The notes beneath the pieces were generated by a model. It had not been told where the DNA came from. It did not search any database and saw only the letters and a program-made list of their open reading frames with translations. From positions 118,707 through 182,706 of the forward strand of contig CAZEZP010000078.1 of NCBI GenBank assembly GCA_964516435.1: 64,000 nt of DNA, written 5' to 3'. The position numbers were made by a program, and so were the translations under genes. The stretch is from an uncultured Kofleriaceae bacterium (GTDB lineage Bacteria > Myxococcota_A > Polyangia > HGW-17). Shown piece after piece: positions 9,103 through 19,120 of the stretch (within the stretch, counting starts at the first letter, position 1; each line of letters starts with the position of its first letter).

Positions 9103-9732
9103 TCAGCAGGATTTATATGCGGGGTCTGGAACACCAACGGGTATCACATACAATACCTTTTCGCTGGTGACGGACAACCCCACCAGCGGCTGCAGTTCCT
9201 CTTCCGTGAACGCCCCCACCGGCACCGAGCCGAGCCCTTCCGCCACCGCCTGCAGATGGAGGTTCTGGGCGATGTGGCCGGCCTCCAGGAAAAGATACTG
9301 GACGCTGCGGTCCTTATAGCGCGGCATGATGCGCTCGTGAATGCCGGTGAGAAGAAAGACCGCCGCCCCCTGGCGCACCCACGGCTGGGACAGGCAGGCA
9401 TGCATGAGGTCCTTCGCGATGTCCCGCTCCCTTTCGCAGGACAGGGCATGGCGGGCGTGCCGGTAGCGATACAAGCCGGGCTCAATGCCCTCCACGCGGT
9501 GCGCCGAAACCAGGATTTCCACGGGATAGCAACTGCCCGCGGACGGCGCCGTGCGGCACCCGCGGCCCGCTTCGTCGAACACCCGCCCATCGGCCGCGAA
9601 CAGCAGGTTCGAAAGTTGACGTTGCGTGATGGGATCGGGAGAAAAATGGCGGACGCTTCGGCGCGCCAGCAGGACATTCTTCAAGGGTGTCTCGTTCAAT
9701 TCGGGCGGCGGCAGGGAAATCCATTCATTCAT
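9103..9732 (-). CDS. nitroreductase-family protein (SagB-type/NADH oxidase-like)
   Basis: LLARRSVRHFS motif typical of nitroreductase N-termini, with a conserved C-terminal GxxxQNLxLxAxxLGLG-like segment (GHIAQNLHLQAVAEGLGS). Start chosen at MNEW; the ORF is open to 9792. Confidence 0.7.
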   Translation of the reverse strand: MNEWISLPPPELNETPLKNVLLARRSVRHFSPDPITQRQLSNLLFAADGRVFDEAGRGCRTAPSAGSCYPVEILVSAHRVEGIEPGLYRYRHARHALSCERERDIAKDLMHACLSQPWVRQGAAVFLLTGIHERIMPRYKDRSVQYLFLEAGHIAQNLHLQAVAEGLGSVPVGAFTEEELQPLVGLSVTSEKVLYVIPVGVPDPAYKSC

Positions 9733-9752
9733 TCTTTTCTTCTTTCTCTTCT

Positions 9753-11072
9753 TTATATCTGAAACTTCATGGAATCGATTGCTTTTTTCCATTCATTGCC
9801 ATTGAAATCGATTCCCAGTTCCAATGCAATCAGACGCACAAGAAAATACATGGCTTCCGGTGGGGAGACAATGGAAAACAGGTGGTGCACAAAGGGATGA
9901 TCGAGCGCCAGCGCCCATTCCCCGCAAACATCCGGTTTCGGAAAGCGACGGCATGCCACGCGGCGCGCCACTGGCAGCGCGGTCGCTGGAAAACCGGGAA
10001 GTTTTAGTTCAAAAACCCCCGCAGATGGCGGCATTTCCCGGTCGTCGGATGCAAGGACGAACATGGGCCAGCATTCCATTGGCGCAGGGTCGAGAAAAAC
10101 CAGATGCAGTCGGCCCCCGTTTCCCGGAAGAAACCGCAGGAGGGATGCTCCGATGCGCTCCAGTTCGGAAAACGGCCCCGCAGCCTCCAGCATGTGCGCC
10201 ACACAGGCCGGTTTTTCATCCGCGGGCATGGATTTTTCATCCTGCGCTTTCCTCTCCAGTTTCATGGCGTCCTGAAAGTCGCGCGCCACGGCGGAAGCCG
10301 CATTGCCGGCATCCATGCGGAAGCGGGAATCCCAGTCGAAATGATGGAACGCTACCGGACATGGCTGGCTCTGGACCCAAAAACCCTTATGGAACAGCCG
10401 GATTTCCCCATCGGGATGATCCAGCCGGTACAGGACGCACTCGCCCCACGGACGACTGAGCCTGCAGGCGGAAAGCGCGCCCGCAGGCGTCGAAGGCCAC
10501 GAATGCTCCCTGCCATTGACGAACACCCGAAGTTCCGGCCGCGCGGGACGGCTCTGCAGCACCCTGGCCAGACGACCCTCCAGCGTTTCGGGCGTGAAGC
10601 CGCGCAGAAACCACTGGATGCGCTGCCCCGGCGACGGTTCCGACAACACATGGATCTCGGCCGATCCATCCGACAGCAGCCAGGCTTCCAGCGTGGCGCC
10701 GGCAGCATGCGTTCGCCACAGCGTCAGAATGCACCCATCGGGCGGCCCGACCGGAAGGGAAATCTCCATGCGCGTCCAGTCCGTCGAATCCGTTTCCCAG
10801 ATGCCTTTCTCCAGCAGTTGCTTCAACTGCGTGAAATCGGGACCATCCGCGGCATGCGCGAACTGTGCCACCGCAAAACCGGCCCCGACGGGATCCCAGA
10901 ACGTGCGGATGTCCAGATCCCGCGCGCCGGCGGCCACGGCTCCCTGCAGCACCTGGAAAAGCGCATGCTCCAGGCTCCTCTCGTCCGCATCGGGCGCCTG
11001 CACCGCCTGCAAACCGCCCTCGACACGGGGAAACAGCCATTCCCGCAGAAGGGAGAATCCATCTTCTTCCAT
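9753..11072 (-). CDS. hypothetical protein (last gene of a 4-gene coupled operon)
   Basis: 439-aa ORF with high-GC coding statistics, 3 nt downstream of the AAA gene stop. No recognisable motifs. Confidence 0.5.
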   Translation of the reverse strand: MEEDGFSLLREWLFPRVEGGLQAVQAPDADERSLEHALFQVLQGAVAAGARDLDIRTFWDPVGAGFAVAQFAHAADGPDFTQLKQLLEKGIWETDSTDWTRMEISLPVGPPDGCILTLWRTHAAGATLEAWLLSDGSAEIHVLSEPSPGQRIQWFLRGFTPETLEGRLARVLQSRPARPELRVFVNGREHSWPSTPAGALSACRLSRPWGECVLYRLDHPDGEIRLFHKGFWVQSQPCPVAFHHFDWDSRFRMDAGNAASAVARDFQDAMKLERKAQDEKSMPADEKPACVAHMLEAAGPFSELERIGASLLRFLPGNGGRLHLVFLDPAPMECWPMFVLASDDREMPPSAGVFELKLPGFPATALPVARRVACRRFPKPDVCGEWALALDHPFVHHLFSIVSPPEAMYFLVRLIALELGIDFNGNEWKKAIDSMKFQI

Positions 11073-11075
11073 GGA

Positions 11076-12668
11076 TCACGCTTCCGTTTCCAGTTCGAGC
11101 ATCGCCCGGCGGCGGGCCCGTTCCTCCCGCACCCATTCCCGCACCCGGGCATTCACCAATTCTTCCTCCTCGCGCGCGCTGGCTGCTTTCACGAAATCCA
11201 TAACGTATTGATATTGCTCGAAAAATTCGCGCGCCGAAAGATTGCGTCTGGTTTTGCGAAGCATTTCCCGGCGGGCATCCGGATCGGCTTCGAAAAATCC
11301 ATCGGGATATTCCACGTCGTCCATCAGCGCGCACAGCCGACGGGCGAAATGGGCACAGTCACGGCCCGAAAGCCCGGCTGCGGCTGCCTTTTCACCGAAT
11401 TCTCTCCACTGGCGCGCCGAAAGCCCCGCGTGCGGCGCGTACTCTTCCCCCAGCAGGCGGTCGCGCACCAGCACGGTGTACTGCTGGGGCGTCACCGGGC
11501 CTTCCAGCAGATAGGGCTGCTGCGCCAGACGGCTGATGGTGGCGTCGTCCATCTGCATGTAGTTGGCGTCGCAGATCAGGAACCACTGTCCGTTGCCGGG
11601 AAGAAGCGTGCCATCGAACAGGCCGAACGCCGCCCCCAGGATGCTCTTTTCCTCGGGGCGCAGGTCGCCGCCGGAACGCGTGCCGAACGCCGTGTCGATA
11701 TCCGGCCAGTAGAAGCCCACCACGCCGGGAAACCCCTGCAGTTCGCTGGTGAAACGCTCGATGAGCGCCGAAGCCGAGGCGTTCTGGTATGCCGAGGCCC
11801 AATCGGTGCGCCGGATGACGCAGAACTTGGCTGAAAGCCCCACCGCGGCTGCGCGCTCCAGCAGATGCCGGCCCAGCGCATGCGCGCTGGCCGTCTTGCC
11901 GCATCCCGGCTTTCCCAGCGCGAACAGGATGGGATTGATGCGCTTGGGATTCGTTCCCGAACGGGGATCGTAGGCCAGCACGTCGCGCACCAGGCGGCGC
12001 CCCGCGGCCAGGAATTCCTCGTTGCCCACGATGTCCTCCATCCGGACGGGAAGAATGGGCTGTGGCTGGATTTTTTGAATGTCTCCAAAGGGTGTATAGA
12101 AAAACTCGAACAATTCGAAGGAATTCGATCTGATTCCATTCAATGCCCCGTGGTAGCGCGGATCCATGGATTGCATGATGCAGAAGGACGCCATGAGATG
12201 CGCATATGCACACAGCGCCTCGTCGGCGGCATATCCTTTCTGCACGTGATCCTTCACGAACAGGAATGCGTCCTTCAGGAATACTTCCAGCAGTGGATCC
12301 CGAAGCAGAATGGCGCGGGTTTCGGCCTGTGGAAGCGCGTTGACGGTCCGCACGCGGCCGCGGGTGACCTCGTCCATGCCCCGGGCCAGAAACGATGCGG
12401 CCGCATGCACGGCCACCAGGCGGTTCAGGGGAAGCGGTGCGTCACCGGCGGCATCCCCCGTGCTGCGCTGGAGAAATCCCTGCATGGCCAGCAGCACGCC
12501 GCCGGCGCGCTCCAGCATGCCGAGCACCGCATGGCCCCGGGGTCCCAGCCCATAGGGCCAGCGTTCCCAGGCAACCAGGAATGCCGGCCAGCCGGCCTGC
12601 AGGATGGCGGGTGCCAGGTCGGCCTGCAGCGGTGCGAACTGTTCCACGTGAAACGTGAAGCGCGTCAT
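11076..12668 (-). CDS. AAA+ family ATPase with about 230-aa N-terminal extension
   Basis: Walker A GKPGCGKTASAHAL and a Walker-B-like FYWPDIDTAF segment. ATGA overlap with the upstream gene. Confidence 0.65.
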   Translation of the reverse strand: MTRFTFHVEQFAPLQADLAPAILQAGWPAFLVAWERWPYGLGPRGHAVLGMLERAGGVLLAMQGFLQRSTGDAAGDAPLPLNRLVAVHAAASFLARGMDEVTRGRVRTVNALPQAETRAILLRDPLLEVFLKDAFLFVKDHVQKGYAADEALCAYAHLMASFCIMQSMDPRYHGALNGIRSNSFELFEFFYTPFGDIQKIQPQPILPVRMEDIVGNEEFLAAGRRLVRDVLAYDPRSGTNPKRINPILFALGKPGCGKTASAHALGRHLLERAAAVGLSAKFCVIRRTDWASAYQNASASALIERFTSELQGFPGVVGFYWPDIDTAFGTRSGGDLRPEEKSILGAAFGLFDGTLLPGNGQWFLICDANYMQMDDATISRLAQQPYLLEGPVTPQQYTVLVRDRLLGEEYAPHAGLSARQWREFGEKAAAAGLSGRDCAHFARRLCALMDDVEYPDGFFEADPDARREMLRKTRRNLSAREFFEQYQYVMDFVKAASAREEEELVNARVREWVREERARRRAMLELETEA

Positions 12669-13432
12669 GGACCTGCCTCCGGAAACTCGGGTCTCAGGTA
12701 GGGAAAGGTTTCGCGAAAATGCTCGAAATCACTTGAACTTCCGCTCAGCACCAGCCGTCTCCGGCGCTCCACGCGATATCCCGCGCGGCGCCGGAATGCA
12801 TGCAGACGGTCTGGCGGAAAAATCCCGGGATGCTCGAAAAACGGATCGTCGCAGATATCGGGTCCTTCCATGGCGGACACCATTTCCATCGGAACGTGCA
12901 GCAGCAGCGCATCTGGATGCGATTCGAAGAAACCGCGAAAAGCATCCGGGCAGACCCGTGCGCTCCATATCGGCCCCAGCCGCACCCAGGATGCCGATTC
13001 CATGCGCACACCGGAATTGGCCAGCGCCTGCACGAATCCCAGTTCGGCCTCCTGGAGGAAAGCATTTTCAAAAAAATCCAGAATGGCCGGTTTCACGAAG
13101 TCGGATGCCGGCGGCAGGGAAAACGGATCCGGACCCGCAGTTCCGCGAACCTCGAACACGCATCGATGCCGGCCCCAGACGTGGTGCACGGGGTCCACGC
13201 GATCCCGAATCCATTCCATGCGTGCACTCCCGCCAGTTGCGCCGAGCCAATCCACCCGCGAGCGGGGCGCCGGGGCATGGCGGGAGCCGAAGTGCAGCGG
13301 CATGCCGGAAACGGAATGAGCGAAATTCCCCGCATGCAGGCAGGCATCCGCCGCCGCCCGGGCATCCGGTGCGCGCACATCGGTGCGCAGGTGGTTCAGC
13401 AGATGGGATGCGGCCTGGGAAAAATCGTTCAT
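12665..13432 (-). CDS. hypothetical protein
   Basis: 255-aa ORF, translationally coupled (ATGA overlaps) to both neighbours. No recognised motifs. Confidence 0.5.
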   Translation of the reverse strand: MNDFSQAASHLLNHLRTDVRAPDARAAADACLHAGNFAHSVSGMPLHFGSRHAPAPRSRVDWLGATGGSARMEWIRDRVDPVHHVWGRHRCVFEVRGTAGPDPFSLPPASDFVKPAILDFFENAFLQEAELGFVQALANSGVRMESASWVRLGPIWSARVCPDAFRGFFESHPDALLLHVPMEMVSAMEGPDICDDPFFEHPGIFPPDRLHAFRRRAGYRVERRRRLVLSGSSSDFEHFRETFPYLRPEFPEAGP

Positions 13433-14493
13433 TCCCCGGTTTTTTCACGTTCTTCGAGCGCCTTCTGCAGGATGCGCTCGAGTTGCTGCTGGCGGATTTC
13501 CTTTTCGGCGGCGAGATTGCGTTCCACCAGATCCTCCACCTGCCGGTCGTAGATGTGCATGTCGGCCACGATCTGCTCCACGTTGCGCGTGAGGAACAGC
13601 GAGGTTTCCGATGTGATCACCGCCACCTTGTTCATGCTTTCCTTGAGGCTCTCCATGCTCGCCGTCACCTGCAGCGACAACTGGCCTGCTTCCGCCAGCG
13701 TGGCCAGGCGCGCCGCATGCTGGCGCAGTTCATCGAGCACCAGTTCGGCGGTATCGTGGATGATCGTCATGTTGGCATGCAGATTTTTCGAAATTTCCTC
13801 GAAATGGCGGTTCATCTTCATGATGGAATCGAGATGGGACAGGGCATGGTCGAACATCTGCATTTTTTGTCCATGTTCCCACACCAGGCGGTCCACCTCC
13901 ACCAGTTGCGCTTCCAGGGTGCGGTATTCCTCGGAACTGGCATCCTGAATCTGCGACAAGCGGCTCATGATCTCTTCCCGCGCCTGCTTGAGCTCCAGCA
14001 CCAGATCCACGAACTGCCTCTTGCCCTTGGCCGCCTCCACCTTCTTGGACTGCAGCGTCTTCTGGTCTTCGTGAAGCGCGGAAATGGTCCGCTCCACCCT
14101 GCGCAGGTATTCGGAAATCTTCTTCAGATGACCATCCGCGATGTCGATCTTGGCCGCCAGCAAATCCGCCAGCGGCCGGCGCCGGAAGGGACGCCCCAGC
14201 AGGGGAATCCGGCCCAGCGCGCCGCGCAGGCCCCTGGAGAAGCCTCCCTTCTCTCCGGACGCCATGGTCTTGATTTCATCGAGCAGGCTGCGCTGTTCGG
14301 CGATTTCCCGGTTCATGTCCGCCGCCAGTTTCTCGTGCTCCTCCTGCAGGCGCTTGAGTTCCTGCAATCCATCCTGATGCCGGGCGCGATACTGCTCATC
14401 GATTTGCGCCGTCGCCTCCCGGCTCCACCGGCTGCCGTCGAATTCCACCTGCTTCTTGAGAATTTCCTCGATGTGCGACGCTTCGTCCGTCAT
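13429..14493 (-). CDS. coiled-coil protein (TelA-like? uncertain)
   Basis: Highly charged heptad-rich sequence throughout. Likely start is MTDEAS, preceded by a GAAGGAAGGGAAGG Shine-Dalgarno; the ORF is open to 14598. Confidence 0.55.
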   Translation of the reverse strand: MTDEASHIEEILKKQVEFDGSRWSREATAQIDEQYRARHQDGLQELKRLQEEHEKLAADMNREIAEQRSLLDEIKTMASGEKGGFSRGLRGALGRIPLLGRPFRRRPLADLLAAKIDIADGHLKKISEYLRRVERTISALHEDQKTLQSKKVEAAKGKRQFVDLVLELKQAREEIMSRLSQIQDASSEEYRTLEAQLVEVDRLVWEHGQKMQMFDHALSHLDSIMKMNRHFEEISKNLHANMTIIHDTAELVLDELRQHAARLATLAEAGQLSLQVTASMESLKESMNKVAVITSETSLFLTRNVEQIVADMHIYDRQVEDLVERNLAAEKEIRQQQLERILQKALEEREKTGE

Positions 14494-14673
14494 GGATGCC
14501 TTCCCTTCCTTCGCCCGCGGGCGGTGCCTGCATTCTAGTGAAACATCCCGGCGCAAATCAATTGCGAAATGCTCCGCCCGCAGTTTCATCTCCTGCAAAT
14601 ACCCGAGGCCTTCCCACTTTCGGGATCGGCGGTTCCCCCTTTCATTTCCCGGGTCTTTGGCATGGACACAATC

Positions 14674-14697
14674 ACCCGTTTCGTTATAGAAACGGGT
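14674..14697 (+). promoter_or_regulatory. 9-bp stem/6-nt loop hairpin in the serS 5' leader
   Basis: ACCCGTTTC-gttata-GAAACGGGT lies about 25 nt upstream of the serS start. There is no U-tract, so a terminator is unlikely. Confidence 0.3.
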
Positions 14698-14720
14698 CTC
14701 GTGAAAGGACGTGTTTCCTC

Positions 14721-16004
14721 ATGATCGACATCCGTTTGCTCGTGGAACAACCCCAGTGGCTGCGGGAGCGTCTTTCCACCCGCGGCGCCAACGCCATTTC
14801 CCGCCTGGACGAACTCGAAGGCGTCCATCTGGAATGGAAAGCCCTCAAGCAGGAAATCGACAACCTCAAGCATGAGCAGAATCAGCGCAGTTCCCGCATG
14901 AAGGAACTCAAGGGCGAAGAGCAGGCCGCCCTGCGCGCGCAACTGCGCGAACTGTCGGACATGATTCGCGATAAACAAAAAATTCTGGCGGAACTCGAGG
15001 AAAAACGGGAAAGACTGCTGCTCTTCATTCCCAACATCCCCCAGGAGGACGTGCCCGTGGGGGACGAGTCCTGCAACCAGGTGGTACGTTCGTGGGGCCA
15101 GCCGCGCACCTTCGATTTCCCCGTGCTGCCGCACTGGGACCTGGGCGCAAGACTGGGAATCCTGGATTTCGACCGGGCCCAGAAGATGTCGGGGTCCCGC
15201 TTTTCCGTACTCATCGGGGCCGGAGCCCGGCTGGAGCGCGCGCTCATCGATTTCATGCTGGATTTCCACCGGAAGGCCGGCTACGTGGAGATTTCCCCGC
15301 CGCTCCTGGTCAAGCGCGAAACCATGGTGGGAACCGGACAGTTGCCAAACCTCGAAGCCGATGCCTACAAGACGGCCGACGAGGATCCCTACTACCTGAT
15401 CCCTACGGCGGAAGTGGTGCTGGTCAACCATCATCGGGAAGAAATACTCGAGCCGCATCAACTGCCCATCCGCTATGCGGCCGCCACGCCCTGCTTCCGT
15501 TCCGAAGCCGGTTCCTACGGGCGCGACGTGCGCGGGCTCATCCGCCAGCACCAGTTCTACAAGGTGGAAATGGTGCAGATCACCACGCCCGAAACGTCGG
15601 CGCAGGCCCTCGAGGACATCACCCGCCAGGCGGAAGGCATCCTGCAGGCGCTGGAACTGCCATACCGCGTCGTACTTCTTTCCACTGGAGACATGGGATT
15701 TTCCAGTTCCAAGACATTCGACCTGGAAGTATGGCTACCGTCCGAAGAACGCTACCGGGAGATTTCCAGTTGCTCCAACTGCGGCGATTTCCAGGCGCGA
15801 CGCGCCCGCATCCGTTTCCGCACCGAAGCCGGAGCAAAGCCGGAACTCGTCCACACGCTCAACGGCAGCGGGCTGGCGGTCGGGCGCACGCTTCTTGCAC
15901 TGCTGGAAAACGGCCAGCAGCCGGATGGCACCATCGTGCTTCCCAGGGCGCTTTCTCCCTATCTGGGCGGAGGCACGCGCATCACATCGAAAGGAATCGA
16001 GTAA
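14721..16004 (+). CDS. serS: seryl-tRNA synthetase
   Basis: N-terminal coiled-coil arm MIDIRLL...[10 protein letters not shown] and a class-II aaRS core with motifs [21 protein letters not shown] and [16 protein letters not shown]. Start is ATG 14721 inside a longer read-through frame. Confidence 0.92.
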   Translation: MIDIRLLVEQPQWLRERLSTRGANAISRLDELEGVHLEWKALKQEIDNLKHEQNQRSSRMKELKGEEQAALRAQLRELSDMIRDKQKILAELEEKRERLLLFIPNIPQEDVPVGDESCNQVVRSWGQPRTFDFPVLPHWDLGARLGILDFDRAQKMSGSRFSVLIGAGARLERALIDFMLDFHRKAGYVEISPPLLVKRETMVGTGQLPNLEADAYKTADEDPYYLIPTAEVVLVNHHREEILEPHQLPIRYAAATPCFRSEAGSYGRDVRGLIRQHQFYKVEMVQITTPETSAQALEDITRQAEGILQALELPYRVVLLSTGDMGFSSSKTFDLEVWLPSEERYREISSCSNCGDFQARRARIRFRTEAGAKPELVHTLNGSGLAVGRTLLALLENGQQPDGTIVLPRALSPYLGGGTRITSKGIE

Positions 16005-16027
16005 CTCCTCGAATATGGAGGAAAATC

Positions 16028-16819
16028 ATGCGCTTTCAACGACGTCAATGTGCCGGCATCGAGTACTACGTGCAAATCGATGAGCAGGGAAAGATCCTGG
16101 CCGTATCCCAGTCACTGGAACTGCTCATGCAGGGCCGCGGCATCCAGGCGCGCGTCCTGCTCGACAAGATCGAGACTTCCCAGGGGAAGATCCTGCCGCC
16201 GGTGCCGGTCGGAAAAATCGTGGCCGTCGGCCTCAACTACAAGGCCCATGCCGAGGAGACGGGAAAGGAACTGCCCAGGGAGCCGCTTCTTTTCATGAAG
16301 CCCTCCACGGCCGTCATCGCCCACATGGATCCCATCCTGCTGCCGCCGGACAGCGAGGAAGTCCATTTCGAGGGAGAACTGGCATTCATCATCGGCAAGA
16401 CCGCCAAGGACGTCCCCGTGGAGAAGGCAGCCGATTACATTCTCGGATACACCATCCTCAACGACGTCACCGCGCGCGACATCCAGCGCCGTGAGGGAAA
16501 GTACACGCGGGCCAAGGGCTATGATACCTTCGCGCCGCTGGGTCCGACCGTCGTCACCGACATCGATCCGATGAACTGCGTCATCGAAACCCGCGTCAAC
16601 CATGAACTCAAGCAGCACAGCCCCACGAGCGACATGATTTTCAGTCCATTCCAGTTGCTGAGTTTCATTTCCTCCATCATGACGCTGCAGCCCTTCGACG
16701 TCGTCACGACCGGCACCCCCTGCGGCGTGGGAGCGATCCATCACGGCGATACGGTGCGCATCAGCATTTCCGGCATCGATACGCTGGAAAATCCGGTCCT
16801 TTCCCGCTCCATGCGCTGA
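16028..16819 (+). CDS. fumarylacetoacetate hydrolase (FAH)-family protein
   Basis: FAH-fold motifs VGLNYKAHAEE, FMKPSTA, EGELAFIIGK and TPCGVG. GGAGG sits 8 nt upstream of the ATG. The real start lies inside a 575-aa read-through frame. Confidence 0.85.
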   Translation: MRFQRRQCAGIEYYVQIDEQGKILAVSQSLELLMQGRGIQARVLLDKIETSQGKILPPVPVGKIVAVGLNYKAHAEETGKELPREPLLFMKPSTAVIAHMDPILLPPDSEEVHFEGELAFIIGKTAKDVPVEKAADYILGYTILNDVTARDIQRREGKYTRAKGYDTFAPLGPTVVTDIDPMNCVIETRVNHELKQHSPTSDMIFSPFQLLSFISSIMTLQPFDVVTTGTPCGVGAIHHGDTVRISISGIDTLENPVLSRSMR

Positions 16820-16946
16820 TTCGCCCGGCGGCCCCGGATTGCAAATCCTCCTTCATCCGCATAGCATGCAATTCACACAAAAGGGGAAAAATGCCGCACG
16901 GAGTCCCCGTGCATTGCAAGGCATGCCCCTTTGAAGGAAAATTCCG

Positions 16947-18485
16947 ATGAACATTCCTTTCACTCACATCCAGAGTACCCTGCAACCCTATTCGAAAAAA
17001 ATTTTCTTCGCCCTCACACTGATATTCCTGCATACCCTGGCCGGTTTCCTCCTCATTTTCTTTTCCCGCAAGGTTCAGAGGGACAGTTTTCCCGTCTACA
17101 TCATCTTCATCTTTTCCTTCCACCAGGTTTTTTCCATCTTCGATGACTGGATTCTTTCCGGCCTTTCCCACGCCTGGACGCGCGATACCCGAAGGAACAT
17201 CCTGCAGCAGTACATCCACAAGAAAATGACCATCACCGGAAACAGCCAACACGACTGGAACGAAATCCAGAAAGAAATCTACTGGCTTGGCGAATCCATC
17301 TTTTCCTTCTTTCGGGGCACGTTCCGGCGAGTTCTCCAGATTGCCGTCTTCTCGGCCTTTCTCCTCTATCTTTCACCTGCCCTCTTCCTGTATTGCTTTA
17401 TATTCTTCCTGCTGCTGCTGCTCTTCGGTTTTCTTCATGGCCGGATCATCAATTCCATCCGTTCCCGCTACATCGACACGGAAAGCCGCCTCTCGGTATT
17501 CGAACTGGAGGCGGCCCGTTACCGTGACATCATCGAAATTCACGGCAAAGGTTCGTTCATGGAGAAAATCCACGCATCATTCCTGGATAAATCCATGAAG
17601 AACGCCATGCTTTTCGATCGCATCCGCATGACCCATCATCCCATCCAGGTCATCCTCTTTTTGATTACCGTTGCGTTCATCTTCTACACTGGCAATAACT
17701 GGGTCCAGCAGGGATCCCTGTCTCCCCGGGATTTTCATTCCTTCCTCGCGGGACTTTCGCTTCTGTACACGCCGCTCAGCGGCATTTCGAGCGACGTGGG
17801 AGCTTTCCTGAGCCTGCAGCGGATGAAAAATCTTTCATTCATCCTGCAGCGAAGCGACATTCCGGAATGTTCCTCCATTCGAAATCTCGTGTCCCTCTCC
17901 CGCATATCCATGAAAAATGTTTCTTTTTCCTATGATTCGACTCCCCTCTTCGTCCGGATGAATCTGGAAATCACGGATCCCATTGCAGGTTTTCGCGGCA
18001 GCAACGGTTCCGGAAAAACCACGTTGGCGTTGCTCCTCGCCCGCATCCTTCATCCAAGGGAAGGAAGCATCCGCTTTCTGGACAATCAGAACGAGGAACG
18101 CAGCGACATCGCTATTTCCTATATCGACCAGAATGGTTCCGTATTTTCCCTGAGTCTGGCAGACAATCTCTTTCTCTCCAGAATCGGTGAACTCCACTTC
18201 CTCCAGCATTTCCATGAACTGACGGAAAAAGAATCCGTGGGACCGGAAATTATCTCCGCGGGCCAGAAAAAAGCCGTTTCCATCGAGAGGGCCCTGCAGC
18301 ATCCCTGTTCGCTCCTCATCATCGATGAGCCGGAAAATGCCCTGGATTCCGAAAAAAAACAGATATTGAGAGAAATCCTCCTGGAAAAAAGCCAGAAGGG
18401 CGTCAGGATCATCCTGTTCAGCCACGACGATTTTTTCCTGAAAATTTGCTCAAAAGTCGTGGATATGCAAACCTTGCGGAACTAG
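16947..18485 (+). CDS. ABC transporter permease/ATP-binding fusion protein (exporter type)
   Basis: N-terminal polytopic TM domain, then Walker A GSNGSGKTT, signature ISAGQKK, Walker B LLIIDEPENALD and H-loop FSHD. Noticeably lower GC than its neighbours. Confidence 0.8.
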   Translation: MNIPFTHIQSTLQPYSKKIFFALTLIFLHTLAGFLLIFFSRKVQRDSFPVYIIFIFSFHQVFSIFDDWILSGLSHAWTRDTRRNILQQYIHKKMTITGNSQHDWNEIQKEIYWLGESIFSFFRGTFRRVLQIAVFSAFLLYLSPALFLYCFIFFLLLLLFGFLHGRIINSIRSRYIDTESRLSVFELEAARYRDIIEIHGKGSFMEKIHASFLDKSMKNAMLFDRIRMTHHPIQVILFLITVAFIFYTGNNWVQQGSLSPRDFHSFLAGLSLLYTPLSGISSDVGAFLSLQRMKNLSFILQRSDIPECSSIRNLVSLSRISMKNVSFSYDSTPLFVRMNLEITDPIAGFRGSNGSGKTTLALLLARILHPREGSIRFLDNQNEERSDIAISYIDQNGSVFSLSLADNLFLSRIGELHFLQHFHELTEKESVGPEIISAGQKKAVSIERALQHPCSLLIIDEPENALDSEKKQILREILLEKSQKGVRIILFSHDDFFLKICSKVVDMQTLRN

Positions 18486-18497
18486 GTTATCCGGTCG

Positions 18498-18515
18498 ATG
18501 TTTCACGTGAAACAT
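18498..18515. promoter_or_regulatory. perfect 18-bp palindrome ATGTTTCACGTGAAACAT
   Basis: Located 12 nt after the ABC transporter stop and upstream of the next ORF. Candidate dimeric-regulator site or hairpin. Confidence 0.35.
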
Positions 18516-18546
18516 GACGGAAGAAGTTTTGAAAAAAGGATGAGCG

Positions 18547-19071
18547 ATGCTTCATACATTGATTTTCACGTGTCTGTTTTTTCTGCAGGGAACATCGAAC
18601 GAAACGCCCAAGGATGCCCCGAAGCCCAAGAACGTGGTCGTAGCGAAGTACGATGGCGTATCCCCCCCGAATCCCACACTTCCAAAAGAAATTCCTCCTC
18701 CCGGGGGAAAATGCACGTTGCTGTGGCCGGGTTTCCAATTGCTCGCTTCCCCTGGCGGTTCCCGTTTCTTTTTCCTTTTCAGCGTGCCCTTCCAGTTGCA
18801 AACCCAGGAATTGAGCGCCAATTCCATGCTGGTATATCGCCTGATTGCACCTGGATGCGCTGCATGGGACAAGCACGCATGGCGCGACCTCATCACGCGT
18901 TTTTTCCAGACTCCCATCGAAAAGGTTGGCTTTTACCGGGATGAAAAGGGAACGAAACTTTTCATCGACTTTCTCTTCAAGGATCCGAAATCCACCGTCC
19001 GTCCGAAAATTTCCAATCTCAATTTCATGAACTACTATCTTCTGATCCTGGAATTTCCCCCACAGCCTTGA
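18547..19071 (+). CDS. hypothetical secreted protein
   Basis: AAAGGA Shine-Dalgarno 7 nt upstream. Hydrophobic N-terminus MLHTLIFTCLFFLQG. Confidence 0.45.
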   Translation: MLHTLIFTCLFFLQGTSNETPKDAPKPKNVVVAKYDGVSPPNPTLPKEIPPPGGKCTLLWPGFQLLASPGGSRFFFLFSVPFQLQTQELSANSMLVYRLIAPGCAAWDKHAWRDLITRFFQTPIEKVGFYRDEKGTKLFIDFLFKDPKSTVRPKISNLNFMNYYLLILEFPPQP

Positions 19072-19120
19072 TTATTTCTCGATCCTGAAATTGATTTCGA
19101 TTCCCTGATCAGTTCGATTT

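Noticed and set aside
15092-16819. Long read-through frames (575 aa at 15092, 787 aa at 23492, 535 aa at 35140, 502 aa at 14496) suggested by the ORF track.
   Set aside because: The real genes (FAH, rsmA, gspK, serS) start at internal ATG/GTG codons with Shine-Dalgarno sites. The upstream parts overlap other genes in another frame.
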